Positions 1-9,222 of a stretch of 20,000 nt of DNA are shown piece by piece (within the stretch, counting starts at the first letter, position 1; every line of letters begins with the position of its first letter). This stretch comes from Promethearchaeia archaeon (GTDB taxonomy: Archaea; Asgardarchaeota; Lokiarchaeia; Sigyniarchaeales; SOKP01), in NCBI GenBank assembly GCA_029856045.1, contig JAHQWG010000050.1:6938-26937 (forward strand). The letters are read 5' to 3'. A program made the translations under genes and the position numbers. The notes beneath the pieces were generated by a model. That model made no database searches, had not been told where the DNA came from, and saw only the letters and a program-made list of their open reading frames with translations.

Positions 1-404
1 ATTCCTTCATGATGAGCTTTAATGGCATTTATTGCTAATATTGTAGCGCCCATAGCCATACAAAACTGGGTATCAAACTGATCAACTGAAAAAATTCTCA
101 TCATTTCAGCAACAGCACCATGTTCTTCATAATTAATATCGAGTTCATCCATTTTATAGGAACGTGATACATATCCTTCTGCACCAAAATCGGGAATCCA
201 TTGATATAAATCTTCATCCATACTATGTTGGATGTTATTTTTTTTCTCATATCTCATGCAGAATCTTTGTACCTTTCTTAAGAAATTAAATTGTTCGGGG
301 CTTAAGATTGCCATTAAATTATTATTAAAAAAGGTGTACCGATTTTTTAGGTTCATTTTTTCCATTATTTCATCATTTATTGCTTGGTCTTGATACATTG
401 GCAT
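1..404 (-). CDS. Acyl-CoA dehydrogenase family protein, C-terminus cut off by the window edge (paralogue of the 717..2012 gene)
   Basis: The minus-strand reading from ATG at 404 gives MPMYQDQAINDEIMEKMNLKNRYTFFNNNLMAILSPEQFNFLRKVQRFCMRYEKKNNIQHSMDEDLYQWIPDFGAEGYVSRSYKMDELDINYEEHGA..., colinear with MVRYQDKAINDEILEKLSLKNRYAFLNNNLMSILKPEQFNWLKTVQKFCMRFEKKNNIQHSPDEDFYEWIPEFG of the downstream ORF. Confidence 0.85.
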   Translation of the reverse strand, partial: MPMYQDQAINDEIMEKMNLKNRYTFFNNNLMAILSPEQFNFLRKVQRFCMRYEKKNNIQHSMDEDLYQWIPDFGAEGYVSRSYKMDELDINYEEHGAVAEMMRIFSVDQFDTQFCMAMGATILAINAIKAHHEG

Positions 405-716
405 ATTCTTATATCACTCTTTTAATTTAGTTTTTAAATTATGTATTGGTAGAAATAAATTTTGAAAATTTTAAAGTTATTTTGTGTAATAGTAATTAAT
501 ATATAATTTTTTTCTCTAATACATTGAATGATTACTTTATTCTCTGAGAATTATTTTCAATTTTAGAAATAAAAGTATTTCAAAAGGCAAATAACATCAA
601 ATTTATCTTTTAAAATTTATGGTTTTTCTAAATTTTTTTTAATTAAAACCATTTATTGTTAAAAAAAGAATTTAATCGTCAGTTAATTGATTAATAACTG
701 ACGAGATAAGTAATTT

Positions 717-2012
717 TTATATCATCTTCCATAATTGACGTGTTGCCATGGAAATGATGTATTGTTGTATCTGGCGTGTCCCTCCGACAATCTCCTGTAT
801 TCTTGAAAGTCCCAAAAGATCCTGCATCATTGTATTATCATTGACTCCTGCACCTCCCATAAGATTCGCCATTTCATAACAACAGCGTTCGGATAGCCTT
901 GATGCTTCCAATTTAAGGTGACTGGCAGAAGCAACAATAGCTTGTGAAATATTTCTTGGTATTTCGCCGCTAAATTTCTCCATTTTTGCATCATATTCTT
1001 CACAAAATTTCAATAGTCCGAGGGTCAAGTTCGAGCACCTTGCCCAATAATCAGCAAAAGTAAAACCAACTCCTTGAAACTTTAAGACTTCTTGTTTAAA
1101 TTGCTTTCTCATGTTAATGAAGAGAAATGCAAGTGAGAGTGCGCCCCATGCTTGGCCGATATTACCCATTGCAATCATTATCCTTTCAGGAGTTAATCCA
1201 TCAAAAAGATGATCTCTACCCGTACCTATTCCTCCTAAGACATATTCTGGAGGAACTCTTAAATTTTCTAAGTGCTCATGGCCAATCCATATTTTAGGAA
1301 CCCAAGGAATAAAAACTCTTTTGACATTAAATCCTTCCCAATTTGTGTTGATTAAGAACTGTGCCATTGTCCTTCCATTATCTTTTTCTGCGCATGCGTA
1401 GCCAACGACCCACTTTGATTTTGGAGCGTTACTATTGTAGACTTTTTCACCATTAAGAGTAAAACTGCCATCTTCATTCTGCTTGCATTCAGTTAACATA
1501 TGCACAGCATCAGAGCCTCTTTCGGGTTCTGTTATCAATATAGCGCCCGGAGATTCACCTGTGACTAGTTCTTTGAGCGCTTTCAAACATTCTGGTCTTC
1601 CATTATGATGGGCTTTGATTGGATTTATTGCTAATATTGTAGCTCCTAAAGCCATATCGAATTGAGTATCAAACATATCGATGGCTATTGCTCTTAACAT
1701 ATCAACAGTTAATCCGTAATACTCATAATTAAGATCAATTTCTTCATATTTATAACCACGAGTTACTAATCCTGCTTTACCGAATTCAGGTATCCATTCA
1801 TAAAAATCCTCATCTGGAGAATGTTGGATGTTATTTTTTTTTTCAAATCTCATGCAAAATTTTTGAACGGTTTTTAACCAATTAAATTGCTCTGGTTTTA
1901 AAATTGACATTAAATTGTTATTTAAAAAAGCATAACGATTTTTTAACGATAATTTTTCTAATATTTCATCATTTATTGCCTTGTCTTGATATCTTACCAT
2001 TTTTATTATCAC
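717..2012 (-). CDS. Acyl-CoA dehydrogenase
   Basis: 431 aa. ACAD signatures ILITEPERGSDAVHM, NGEKVYNSNAP, MGGAGVNDNTMMQDLLGLSRIQEIVGGTRQIQQYI. Confidence 0.9.
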   Translation of the reverse strand: MIIKMVRYQDKAINDEILEKLSLKNRYAFLNNNLMSILKPEQFNWLKTVQKFCMRFEKKNNIQHSPDEDFYEWIPEFGKAGLVTRGYKYEEIDLNYEYYGLTVDMLRAIAIDMFDTQFDMALGATILAINPIKAHHNGRPECLKALKELVTGESPGAILITEPERGSDAVHMLTECKQNEDGSFTLNGEKVYNSNAPKSKWVVGYACAEKDNGRTMAQFLINTNWEGFNVKRVFIPWVPKIWIGHEHLENLRVPPEYVLGGIGTGRDHLFDGLTPERIMIAMGNIGQAWGALSLAFLFINMRKQFKQEVLKFQGVGFTFADYWARCSNLTLGLLKFCEEYDAKMEKFSGEIPRNISQAIVASASHLKLEASRLSERCCYEMANLMGGAGVNDNTMMQDLLGLSRIQEIVGGTRQIQQYIISMATRQLWKMI

Positions 2013-2095
2013 TCTTTTATTATTGTATTATTTTTTCATTCTTAGATTTATCAATTTCAATAGTTTTAATTATTCTTTGTAATTGTGGTTATTAT

Positions 2096-3343
2096 TTAAC
2101 TTTTTTTTTCTAACAAGTTGAGTAGTTGCTTTATTTTCTGTGGATTTTGTTCGGTTATTGCAGATAAATAATGTAATGAGCAGATACCATCAAGATGTTT
2201 TTCTAATTGGTGTAAAAAACCCAAATCTTCTTCTTCAAATCCTTTCATTAATAGTAATGGAATTTCTTCTTCGGTAACTGGCTCAATTTTCGGGCAATAT
2301 TCCACCCAATCCACTAGATATTTATTTATTAGGAATCTCATATATAGAAGAGATGTATACTCCGTCAAATTTGACTCGGCTAAAATTTTTTGCAGTGAAT
2401 TTGGTTCATCAAATCTAGTTAATAAACCAATTATCTTTTTATCCTTAAACTCTTCAGTTAACGATTGTTCATCTTTTCTACTGGCTACGAGATACTCTTT
2501 CCCTCTACTAGTAATGAGAAAATCGTCTGATTTAAGAGGATTGAATCTTAGATAGATTTTATTTGCAATCCATAATTTGAATATTTGTTTTTTAAATACT
2601 GATAATTCTAAGGAATGTTTTTTTACAATACTTTCTACACTTTCTAATCCCGTTATATAAGAAATAAGATTAATTTCTTCTTCACTTGTTGAAGATTCTA
2701 TTAATTCACTAATTTCTTTATTTTTATTTTCATAAAATGCCAATTCTGAAGTAAGATCAGGAACTAAGAAATTTAAAATAACCCGTTCAGCAAAATATTC
2801 AAGAACTATATTCAGAAAGAGATCAAAAATGTCATCCCTTTCAAGGCTTTCCGTAGATTTTGGTGAATAATTTGATTCTATTTCTGTAAGACATTGTTTT
2901 AGCCGTTTTTTAATATTATCGTCTATAAAATTAGAAATTAAAACAATAAAAAAGGAGGTTCCAAAGATATAGGTGAAAATAAGCTTTAAGCCTGGATATT
3001 CTAATTGATTTTGATATTGAAAATCAATTATATTTTTTTCGGCTTCTATTTCATTAATCTTTTCATCAGAGGTTTTATCTTGATTAAAATCAAATTTTAA
3101 AAATTTTTCAATTTTATTAATTGCTGCATCTGTTGTTTTATGTTCTTTTTTTTTATCTATAATTTCTTTAGGAGTTTTTATTTCTATGAAATAAGGAGAT
3201 ATGTCAAATTCTTTTATGATTTTATGATAATTAATATTTTGAGGATACTTTAAAATGGTTAAATCCCGCAATTCAAATAGCGGAGGTTCTTCATTATTGA
3301 AGGCGGTCTTTTTGAAGACACCAAGAAAATTTAATTCAACCAT
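2096..3343 (-). CDS. Hypothetical protein, possible winged-helix-like segments
   Basis: 415-aa ORF without recognised catalytic motifs. The segment IANKIYLRFNPLKSDDFLITSRGKEYLVASRK resembles a wHTH wing (inference). Confidence 0.6.
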   Translation of the reverse strand: MVELNFLGVFKKTAFNNEEPPLFELRDLTILKYPQNINYHKIIKEFDISPYFIEIKTPKEIIDKKKEHKTTDAAINKIEKFLKFDFNQDKTSDEKINEIEAEKNIIDFQYQNQLEYPGLKLIFTYIFGTSFFIVLISNFIDDNIKKRLKQCLTEIESNYSPKSTESLERDDIFDLFLNIVLEYFAERVILNFLVPDLTSELAFYENKNKEISELIESSTSEEEINLISYITGLESVESIVKKHSLELSVFKKQIFKLWIANKIYLRFNPLKSDDFLITSRGKEYLVASRKDEQSLTEEFKDKKIIGLLTRFDEPNSLQKILAESNLTEYTSLLYMRFLINKYLVDWVEYCPKIEPVTEEEIPLLLMKGFEEEDLGFLHQLEKHLDGICSLHYLSAITEQNPQKIKQLLNLLEKKS

Positions 3344-3393
3344 TTTAATTCACCTTATAGTTTTAAATTTATAAATTTTTAAAAAAAGTATTT

Positions 3394-4095
3394 TCAAAGA
3401 GACATTTGGATTCTTTTCGAAAATTTTTTCGAGATTATAAGTGCTGTTTCAAAGGGACACTCTCTCTTAAATTGAATTACACTTATCATTTCTTTATTTA
3501 CTGCATTTATTGATAAAATTCCAAAATCTTCCAGAGTAATTAATTCATTAAGTTCATCTTTCCCTGTGATATGCCTTGCTTCAAGCATTCTTATTATCTC
3601 AGAAAATATCTTATACTCAAGGGAAGATTTTATTATTCCACCATCTTGTGTTAATAAAGCACAATCGATTACAAATGAGGAAAATTTTTGTAGATCTTTA
3701 AAAATTTGTTCAATTTTATGAAAAGCTAAATCATCAAGAATTTTTTTATTATTTTCAATTATTTCTTCCACTGTAGACCCAAATTCAAAAAAATCGGTTA
3801 TGTTACCATTAAAATCTATCAATTGATCGTAAAACTGCTGAATAAATTTGTTTTTTATTGATAGCAAATTAGCCCTGAGTGGTAATAGATTATCACTTCT
3901 TTCAGCCAAAATTACAAATAAAAGTTCCATTTTCCCAGTTTTTTCAATTTCAAAAATAAATCGATATTTTCCCATTTCTATTTGGTTAAGATCTATAGTT
4001 TTTAGACTATGTTTCAAAAAGGCATAAATTGCTGAAAGAAAGCTGCTAGTGAGTTTAAGGTTAAAAATATCATCATATATCTTGTAGTATATCAA
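3394..4095 (-). CDS. Longin/roadblock-like domain protein (tentative)
   Basis: 233 aa. The N-terminus (IYYKIYDDIFNLKLTSSFLSAIYAFLKHSL...GKYRFIFEIEKTGKMELLFVILAERSDNLLPLRANLLSIKNKFIQQFYDQL) has a longin-like beta/alpha pattern. The C-terminus (IDCALLTQDGGIIKSS...) is roadblock-like. Confidence 0.5.
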   Translation of the reverse strand: MIYYKIYDDIFNLKLTSSFLSAIYAFLKHSLKTIDLNQIEMGKYRFIFEIEKTGKMELLFVILAERSDNLLPLRANLLSIKNKFIQQFYDQLIDFNGNITDFFEFGSTVEEIIENNKKILDDLAFHKIEQIFKDLQKFSSFVIDCALLTQDGGIIKSSLEYKIFSEIIRMLEARHITGKDELNELITLEDFGILSINAVNKEMISVIQFKRECPFETALIISKKFSKRIQMSL

Positions 4096-4190
4096 TTCTC
4101 CGCTACTTCTTAAAATGAAAATAGTCTTTATTATATTATTTCACCAAGAATATTATCATGATTTTGATTATTTTATATTTTACTACTATG

Positions 4191-4922
4191 TTAGAATTCG
4201 AATTTTGACCATTCATCTTCTTCTTCCTCTTCTTCTTCCCATTCTTCAAGATTTTCAGTCGCTTCAGCTTCTTTGGCTTCGCTAATCTCCTCTGGTTCAT
4301 ATTCTTCCTCAAAAGAGATAGTTTTTTCTAAATCGGTTGAAAGTTCCATTTCTGCTTTAATTTGTGGAATTGGTTCTTCTTCCCTCTTAGCTTTCTCAAC
4401 TAATTTTAAATAATCACCGTGTATTTTTATCGTGATATCAGATTCTTCTTGAAGTAGTCTAACAACAACTTCTTCACTTGCTGAAGTGTCATGAGGCATT
4501 CGCATAATAACTGCACGACGACCTGTAAAAACACCACTGATAATTTCTACTTTATCACCTTCCTCGAGATATTCAGTGACAGAACGAGGTACTAGCACAT
4601 GATTAATTTCTTTTAATTTGATCTGTCCCACAATTCTTCCTTTTATATGTTGAACACCTTGAATGGCTCTTTGAACATCTGTTTTTTGAGTAGCTTCAAT
4701 GAAGATAAAACCAGGTAAAAGTGGAGTAACAAGCATTCCTTTTATGTCAGGTAATGGAGATAGGATTTTAAATCGATAAAATATTTGCTTCAAAATATTA
4801 CTTTCTTGATTGAGTGTTGTGCGAACAGCGAAAATGGTTGTATCTACATCAGTTTCCTTTATAGTCATATCTAAATCGACAGTCTCTGCTTCATCTTCTT
4901 CCACTCTTTCCTTATCTGCCAT
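4191..4922 (-). CDS. spt5: Transcription elongation factor Spt5 (archaeal NusG homologue) with acidic extensions
   Basis: 243 aa. NGN domain (TTIFAVRTTLNQE...LLPGFIFIEATQKTDVQRAIQGVQHIKG) and KOW motif (LEEGDKVEIISGVFTGRRAVIMRM). Acidic tail EEWEEEEEEEDEWSKFEF. Confidence 0.88.
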   Translation of the reverse strand: MADKERVEEDEAETVDLDMTIKETDVDTTIFAVRTTLNQESNILKQIFYRFKILSPLPDIKGMLVTPLLPGFIFIEATQKTDVQRAIQGVQHIKGRIVGQIKLKEINHVLVPRSVTEYLEEGDKVEIISGVFTGRRAVIMRMPHDTSASEEVVVRLLQEESDITIKIHGDYLKLVEKAKREEEPIPQIKAEMELSTDLEKTISFEEEYEPEEISEAKEAEATENLEEWEEEEEEEDEWSKFEF

Positions 4923-5144
4923 TTTTTTTTATTCTCTCTTTTTAATAATAAATATAAATTTACTTATTTAAGCATTCTTTCATTATTACTCTTTTCCCAG
5001 AAATCTAATTGATTTTAGGAGTTATTAAAATGTTTGATTAAATTTTTAGAAAAAGACAAATATTATTAGTCTATTATAAAATATAAAATTTTTGTAAAAG
5101 TTGTTGGAGATTTGTAAGTGAAAGATATATTATTCTAACTAATT

Positions 5145-5504
5145 CTATAAGGGAATGTTATTGATATCAAGTATCTCAGGCACTTTTCTATTGCGCTCGA
5201 GCCAAGCAATCTCATTAGCTCTATACCGCCAAAATATTTCACATTTTCCCAATTTTCCGGCCGTTTGAGTTTCCCAGTCCCAACTTGAAATTAATACTAA
5301 ATCCCCCTGACGCATCCACACCCTTTTTTTAATTTTACCACGAACACGACCAATTCGATAAACTTTATCCTCACAAAATACGCGCATTCTTTCATTTCCG
5401 AGGATTTCAACAACTCTGCCAAACATTTCCCCGTTTCTTCGATTTGGGAATTTAATTCTAAATGATTGTGCTTGTTGGGCTTCTTTATGTTTTTTCTTTG
5501 TCAA
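5145..5504 (-). CDS. eif1A: Translation initiation factor aIF1A (eIF1A family, S1/OB fold)
   Basis: 119 aa. GEMFGRVVEILGNERMRVFCEDKVYRIGRVRGKIKKRVWMRQGDLVLIS is typical of a/eIF1A. Confidence 0.93.
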   Translation of the reverse strand: MTKKKHKEAQQAQSFRIKFPNRRNGEMFGRVVEILGNERMRVFCEDKVYRIGRVRGKIKKRVWMRQGDLVLISSWDWETQTAGKLGKCEIFWRYRANEIAWLERNRKVPEILDINNIPL

Positions 5505-5607
5505 ATCTTTTAACCAAATCTAATGTTATATTTCTTTAATTATAATTAAGTTTAAATTTTTTTCTGTTAAGATTTTTAAAAAGTTCTTAAATAAAATTAA
5601 ATAAAAA

Positions 5608-5943
5608 CTATATTTTATCATCTGGTATATACTGACTTTTTATAAAAACCACTTTTATATTAGAATTTGAATCATTTCGGATATTATGCATTTCTTTTGG
5701 TTCAATTAAGAAAGCTGAACCTTCTGGTGCAGCAATTTCCTTATCATCAACGATCATTACACCATCTCCTAGAATGAAAAAGAAGGTTTCATCTAAGAAG
5801 TTGTGCCCGTGGGGTTTATCTCCCATATATTCTCTAGGTTTAAGAAGAATCACCCCCCAATCAATACTGGGACCCCTAAAAAGATATTTCACACCAGAAT
5901 CTCCACCACGATATTCGAAATCAGACTCTTTTACTACTTTCAT
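5608..5943 (-). CDS. Cupin domain protein
   Basis: 111 aa. HGHNFLDETFFFILGDG (HxH...E...G) and PEGSAFLIEPKEMHNIRN give both cupin motifs. Confidence 0.85.
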   Translation of the reverse strand: MKVVKESDFEYRGGDSGVKYLFRGPSIDWGVILLKPREYMGDKPHGHNFLDETFFFILGDGVMIVDDKEIAAPEGSAFLIEPKEMHNIRNDSNSNIKVVFIKSQYIPDDKI

Positions 5944-6015
5944 TTATTTTACCTCCAATTATTCTTTTCATCTTAATTTTGTTTATAATAATTTACATAT
6001 TTATTTTTTTTAACT

Positions 6016-7254
6016 TTATAATGCATTCAAAAGAATTTGCTTTAGACTTTCTTTATCAGTATCTCGAGGATTATTATTCAAAGATGACCCTTTCGTATCC
6101 TTAACGATGTCATCAATACAATCTTCGGTAATTCCAATCTCTTTTAAATGCAGGGGGATTTCACAATGTTTAAAAATTTTTCTAATGAGTTCGATTGTCC
6201 AAACAGCTTTATCTTTTATTCTATCTGGGCAATCTTTTATCTTCAAATCAACCTCATTAATAATATTGCTCTGAACTGCAATATCCGCAATATAAGCATA
6301 TTTATTTTGAACATATACTAATTCTGCGTTGTATTCCATCACATATGGCAATAAAAGACCACAGACTAACCCATGATTGATGTTATGTTTAACTCCAATT
6401 GGATGAGCAAATCCATGAACCGCCCCAAGTTTAGAGGTTGCAAATGCTAATCCATCAATGAAACTTCCTAGCATCATCTTTTCTCTCAGTTCAATATTTA
6501 ATAGGTCATTTACTACTTTAGGAAGAGATGGAAGTAATAATTTTATTGATTCAATTGCAAAAAAATCTGAGAGATAATTAGATGCTTTTGATACAAACGC
6601 CTCTATTGATTGAACTAACGCATCAGCACCAGAAAATGTCGTATATTTTTTAGGGCATGAAAGAACTAATTCAGGATCTAATATTACGACATGTGCCATC
6701 ATTTTATCTCCACGAATGCTTTGTTTAATTCCTCGTGTAGGGTCAATTACAACTCCGTTATTGGTCACTTCAGACCCAGTTCCGGAGGTAGTTGGGGCAA
6801 GTATTAGTGGAAGTCCCACTTTATCAAAACTTCTTCTACCAACATGATAATCTTCGACTATTCCATCGTTTGTAACCAAACCAGATATGCATTTAGCGGA
6901 ATCCATAACACTACCTCCACCTATACCAATTATGATATTTGATTTTTGTTCAATTACAAGTTTTTTGCCATAATTTATTACAGTTGTGGTTGGTTCTCCT
7001 TCAATCTCATCATAAATAAAAACCGAAATATTTGCTTCATTTAAATTTTTTAAGATTTTCTCTAAATTACCAGATTTCTTAAGAGAACTTTTTCCAGTAA
7101 CTAAGAATGCATTTAATTCTTTTTTTATATCCTTTTCGCAAATATATCGCGATTGTTCGCCTAATAGTGAGATTTTTCCTCTTCCAAAAATTATACGAGG
7201 CGATCTAAAGAGGAAATCTTTTTTAGAAAAATTTAAAATTTCCATCGTAATCAT
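6016..7254 (-). CDS. Iron-containing alcohol dehydrogenase
   Basis: 412 aa. GGGSVMDSAKCIS, LAPTTSGTGSEVTNNGVV, GAVHGFAHPIGVKHNINHGLVCGLLLPYVMEYN. Confidence 0.92.
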   Translation of the reverse strand: MITMEILNFSKKDFLFRSPRIIFGRGKISLLGEQSRYICEKDIKKELNAFLVTGKSSLKKSGNLEKILKNLNEANISVFIYDEIEGEPTTTVINYGKKLVIEQKSNIIIGIGGGSVMDSAKCISGLVTNDGIVEDYHVGRRSFDKVGLPLILAPTTSGTGSEVTNNGVVIDPTRGIKQSIRGDKMMAHVVILDPELVLSCPKKYTTFSGADALVQSIEAFVSKASNYLSDFFAIESIKLLLPSLPKVVNDLLNIELREKMMLGSFIDGLAFATSKLGAVHGFAHPIGVKHNINHGLVCGLLLPYVMEYNAELVYVQNKYAYIADIAVQSNIINEVDLKIKDCPDRIKDKAVWTIELIRKIFKHCEIPLHLKEIGITEDCIDDIVKDTKGSSLNNNPRDTDKESLKQILLNAL

Positions 7255-7311
7255 CCAAATTTTAAATAAAATATATTTAAATTATAGCTGATCAAAATTT
7301 AATAAAGTTTT

Positions 7312-7764
7312 CTAATCGAATCGATCAGAAACAATTTTCTTTTTTTGTCTTAGATATATAACACTTATTCCCAATTTCATTGCCCTTGACCGAAGTCTAG
7401 AATCATTTGTTGCCAAATGAACTTTAAAATTATTATTTAATAATTTTTGACATGCTTTAATTAAAAAATCATCTACGGTTTCTCCAGTTATCCTTTCTAT
7501 TGGGATCTCACAGAATTTATGAGATCTTAAAATTTTTAAGCCTAATTCTAACTGTTTCTGATATTTGACTTTTTTACTTTCTCTTATTTTTTTCCAGTTC
7601 AATTCATCTAAAGTGGATTTAAAAACGATATAAGCCAATTTCCCCGGGATGATATCTCTAATTTCTTCAAAATAATCAATCCCAAACTGAGATGGAATTA
7701 AAATAAAATTCGCATCCAAAATGATAAGCTGATGATCTTTTAAGTCATTAAAATAAGATAACAT
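7312..7764 (-). CDS. PIN-domain protein (archaeal VapC9/Fcf1-like)
   Basis: 150 aa. LIILDANFILIP, LDEL, VDDFLIKACQ, LATNDSRLRSRAMKLGISVIYLRQKK, with conserved acidic residues and the TND motif. Confidence 0.82.
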   Translation of the reverse strand: MLSYFNDLKDHQLIILDANFILIPSQFGIDYFEEIRDIIPGKLAYIVFKSTLDELNWKKIRESKKVKYQKQLELGLKILRSHKFCEIPIERITGETVDDFLIKACQKLLNNNFKVHLATNDSRLRSRAMKLGISVIYLRQKKKIVSDRFD

Positions 7765-8274
7765 TTATATTTGAATACCCTGGCGTTCTAATATTTCTTG
7801 AGTTAAACGTTTAAAGGATTCTTCAACATTTTCACCAGTTTTTGAAGATATCTTGAGATAATCAAATAAATTTAAATCTTCGATATATGATAAAGCAAAG
7901 TCATCATTCACATTTATATCTTCTATTAAATCAATTTTAGTCCCAAGAAATAAAACAGGTAAGTTAGGGTCGTTTTGGCGCACAATTTGAATCCATTGAT
8001 CAAGTTTTTCCAATGTTGCAATTCTTGTAAGATCAAACATTAGTAATGCTCCTTTAGCCCCTAAAACATAACTTCCAAGTAAAAACCTAAAACGTTCTTG
8101 CCCACCAAAATCCCAGAGTTGAAGTGTAATCTCATTGTCTCCTAAAATAATAGATTTCAGGAAAAATTCCACACCTATGGTCATTTTAGTTTCACTAAAA
8201 AATTGTCCTTCAACAAAACGACGTAATAATGTAGTTTTACCAACACCTCCCTCCCCTGCTGTAAGGATTTTCAT
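7765..8274 (-). CDS. Small GTPase of the Ras superfamily (Rab/Rho-like)
   Basis: 169 aa. G1 GEGGVGKTT, G3 WDFGGQERF, G4 GTKIDL, G5 SSKTGENVEE. No C-terminal Cys prenylation motif. Confidence 0.93.
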   Translation of the reverse strand: MKILTAGEGGVGKTTLLRRFVEGQFFSETKMTIGVEFFLKSIILGDNEITLQLWDFGGQERFRFLLGSYVLGAKGALLMFDLTRIATLEKLDQWIQIVRQNDPNLPVLFLGTKIDLIEDINVNDDFALSYIEDLNLFDYLKISSKTGENVEESFKRLTQEILERQGIQI

Positions 8275-8514
8275 TATGAACTTTTTAGGTATTTTTTCTC
8301 CACCGAAAATTATGAGTTATTTATGTGATTTATAAGATAAAATATGATTATTAATTGTATTTAGTAATTCTTATTAATAAAATAAATTAATTTCAGAAAA
8401 ATAAAACTTTTCATTTTTAGAATTGAGATTTGAAGATCTTATATGATCAATTCTTTTTTTTTAAGATTCATTTATTAATCAAAAAATAGGATTGAATTAA
8501 GTAATTCTTAGATA

Positions 8515-9138
8515 TTAATATGTATCCTTATCTCTATACTCTTTTACAGAGATTTCTCTTTCTGGTAGCCGATTAAATTTTTTAAGAGTATTCAAAATAC
8601 ATTTGACTTCAGATTTTGTTTGTAGATCATATTTTTTCATACCCTCGAGGATTTCCTTCTCACCAAATCCTTTTTTATAAAGTTCATTAAACTTATTTAC
8701 TGATTCTTCGTGAAAATAAATATATCTATTATCCAAATATACAATTAGATATGGTTTTTTGCGTTGTTTTTGAGATAATTTAAATAACTCTTCTCTAATT
8801 TTTCTCAAGGGTTTTTTCATTTTATTAGCAATTGTATCCTCTTCAATCATATAATATTCCATCATTTTTGCTTTAAAAGATCTCTTGAAGAAGAGATTAG
8901 GAAGATATGACAACAAATATAAAATTATTGCAATACCCACTAACCAAATTGCTAGTATTGGTTCTATAAAAAAAACAAATATCACGGCTATTAAAAAAAT
9001 TAGAAACCAGTTACGCCCAACACGTTTGAAAAATACAATAATTTTATTAGGCATCGATATTTTAAGATTATTTTCAAAACTATTTAAATTTTCTAAAAGT
9101 AAATCAATTAAATTAAGAGTTTTAAGTAAAATGATCAT
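8515..9138 (-). CDS. Predicted membrane protein with cytosolic charged tail
   Basis: 207 aa. Hydrophobic stretch NWFLIFLIAVIFVFFIEPILAIWLVGIAIILYLLSYLPNLFF (1-2 TM segments), then a hydrophilic Lys/Glu-rich tail. Confidence 0.6.
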   Translation of the reverse strand: MIILLKTLNLIDLLLENLNSFENNLKISMPNKIIVFFKRVGRNWFLIFLIAVIFVFFIEPILAIWLVGIAIILYLLSYLPNLFFKRSFKAKMMEYYMIEEDTIANKMKKPLRKIREELFKLSQKQRKKPYLIVYLDNRYIYFHEESVNKFNELYKKGFGEKEILEGMKKYDLQTKSEVKCILNTLKKFNRLPEREISVKEYRDKDTY

Positions 9139-9205
9139 AATAAATGTAGGAATATTTCAATTAGATTGATAATAGTGAGTAAAGAGTAAAATTAAAATAA
9201 AAGTG

Positions 9206-9222
9206 TTTATTATAAATTTATA
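9206..9222 (+). promoter_or_regulatory. Candidate TATA-like element upstream of the permuted 5S rRNA
   Basis: tttattataaatttata. AT-rich context makes this weak. Its spacing would place initiation near 9240, inside the proposed terminal stem, so it may not be the real promoter. Confidence 0.2.

Noticed and set aside
354-404. Apparent frameshift near the start of the truncated acyl-CoA dehydrogenase
   Set aside because: Careful count gives six A residues (gaa aaa atg aac), so the frame is continuous with EKMNLKNR.
1904-2113. + strand ORF, 69 aa
   Set aside because: Antisense to the acyl-CoA dehydrogenase start region. Low-complexity hydrophobic sequence.
5774-6013. + strand ORF, 79 aa
   Set aside because: Antisense to the cupin gene, no recognisable features.
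8135-8335. + strand ORF, 66 aa
   Set aside because: Antisense to the GTPase P-loop region.
8885-9169. + strand ORF, 94 aa
   Set aside because: Antisense to the 207-aa membrane protein, whose hydrophobic composition makes the opposite frame open.
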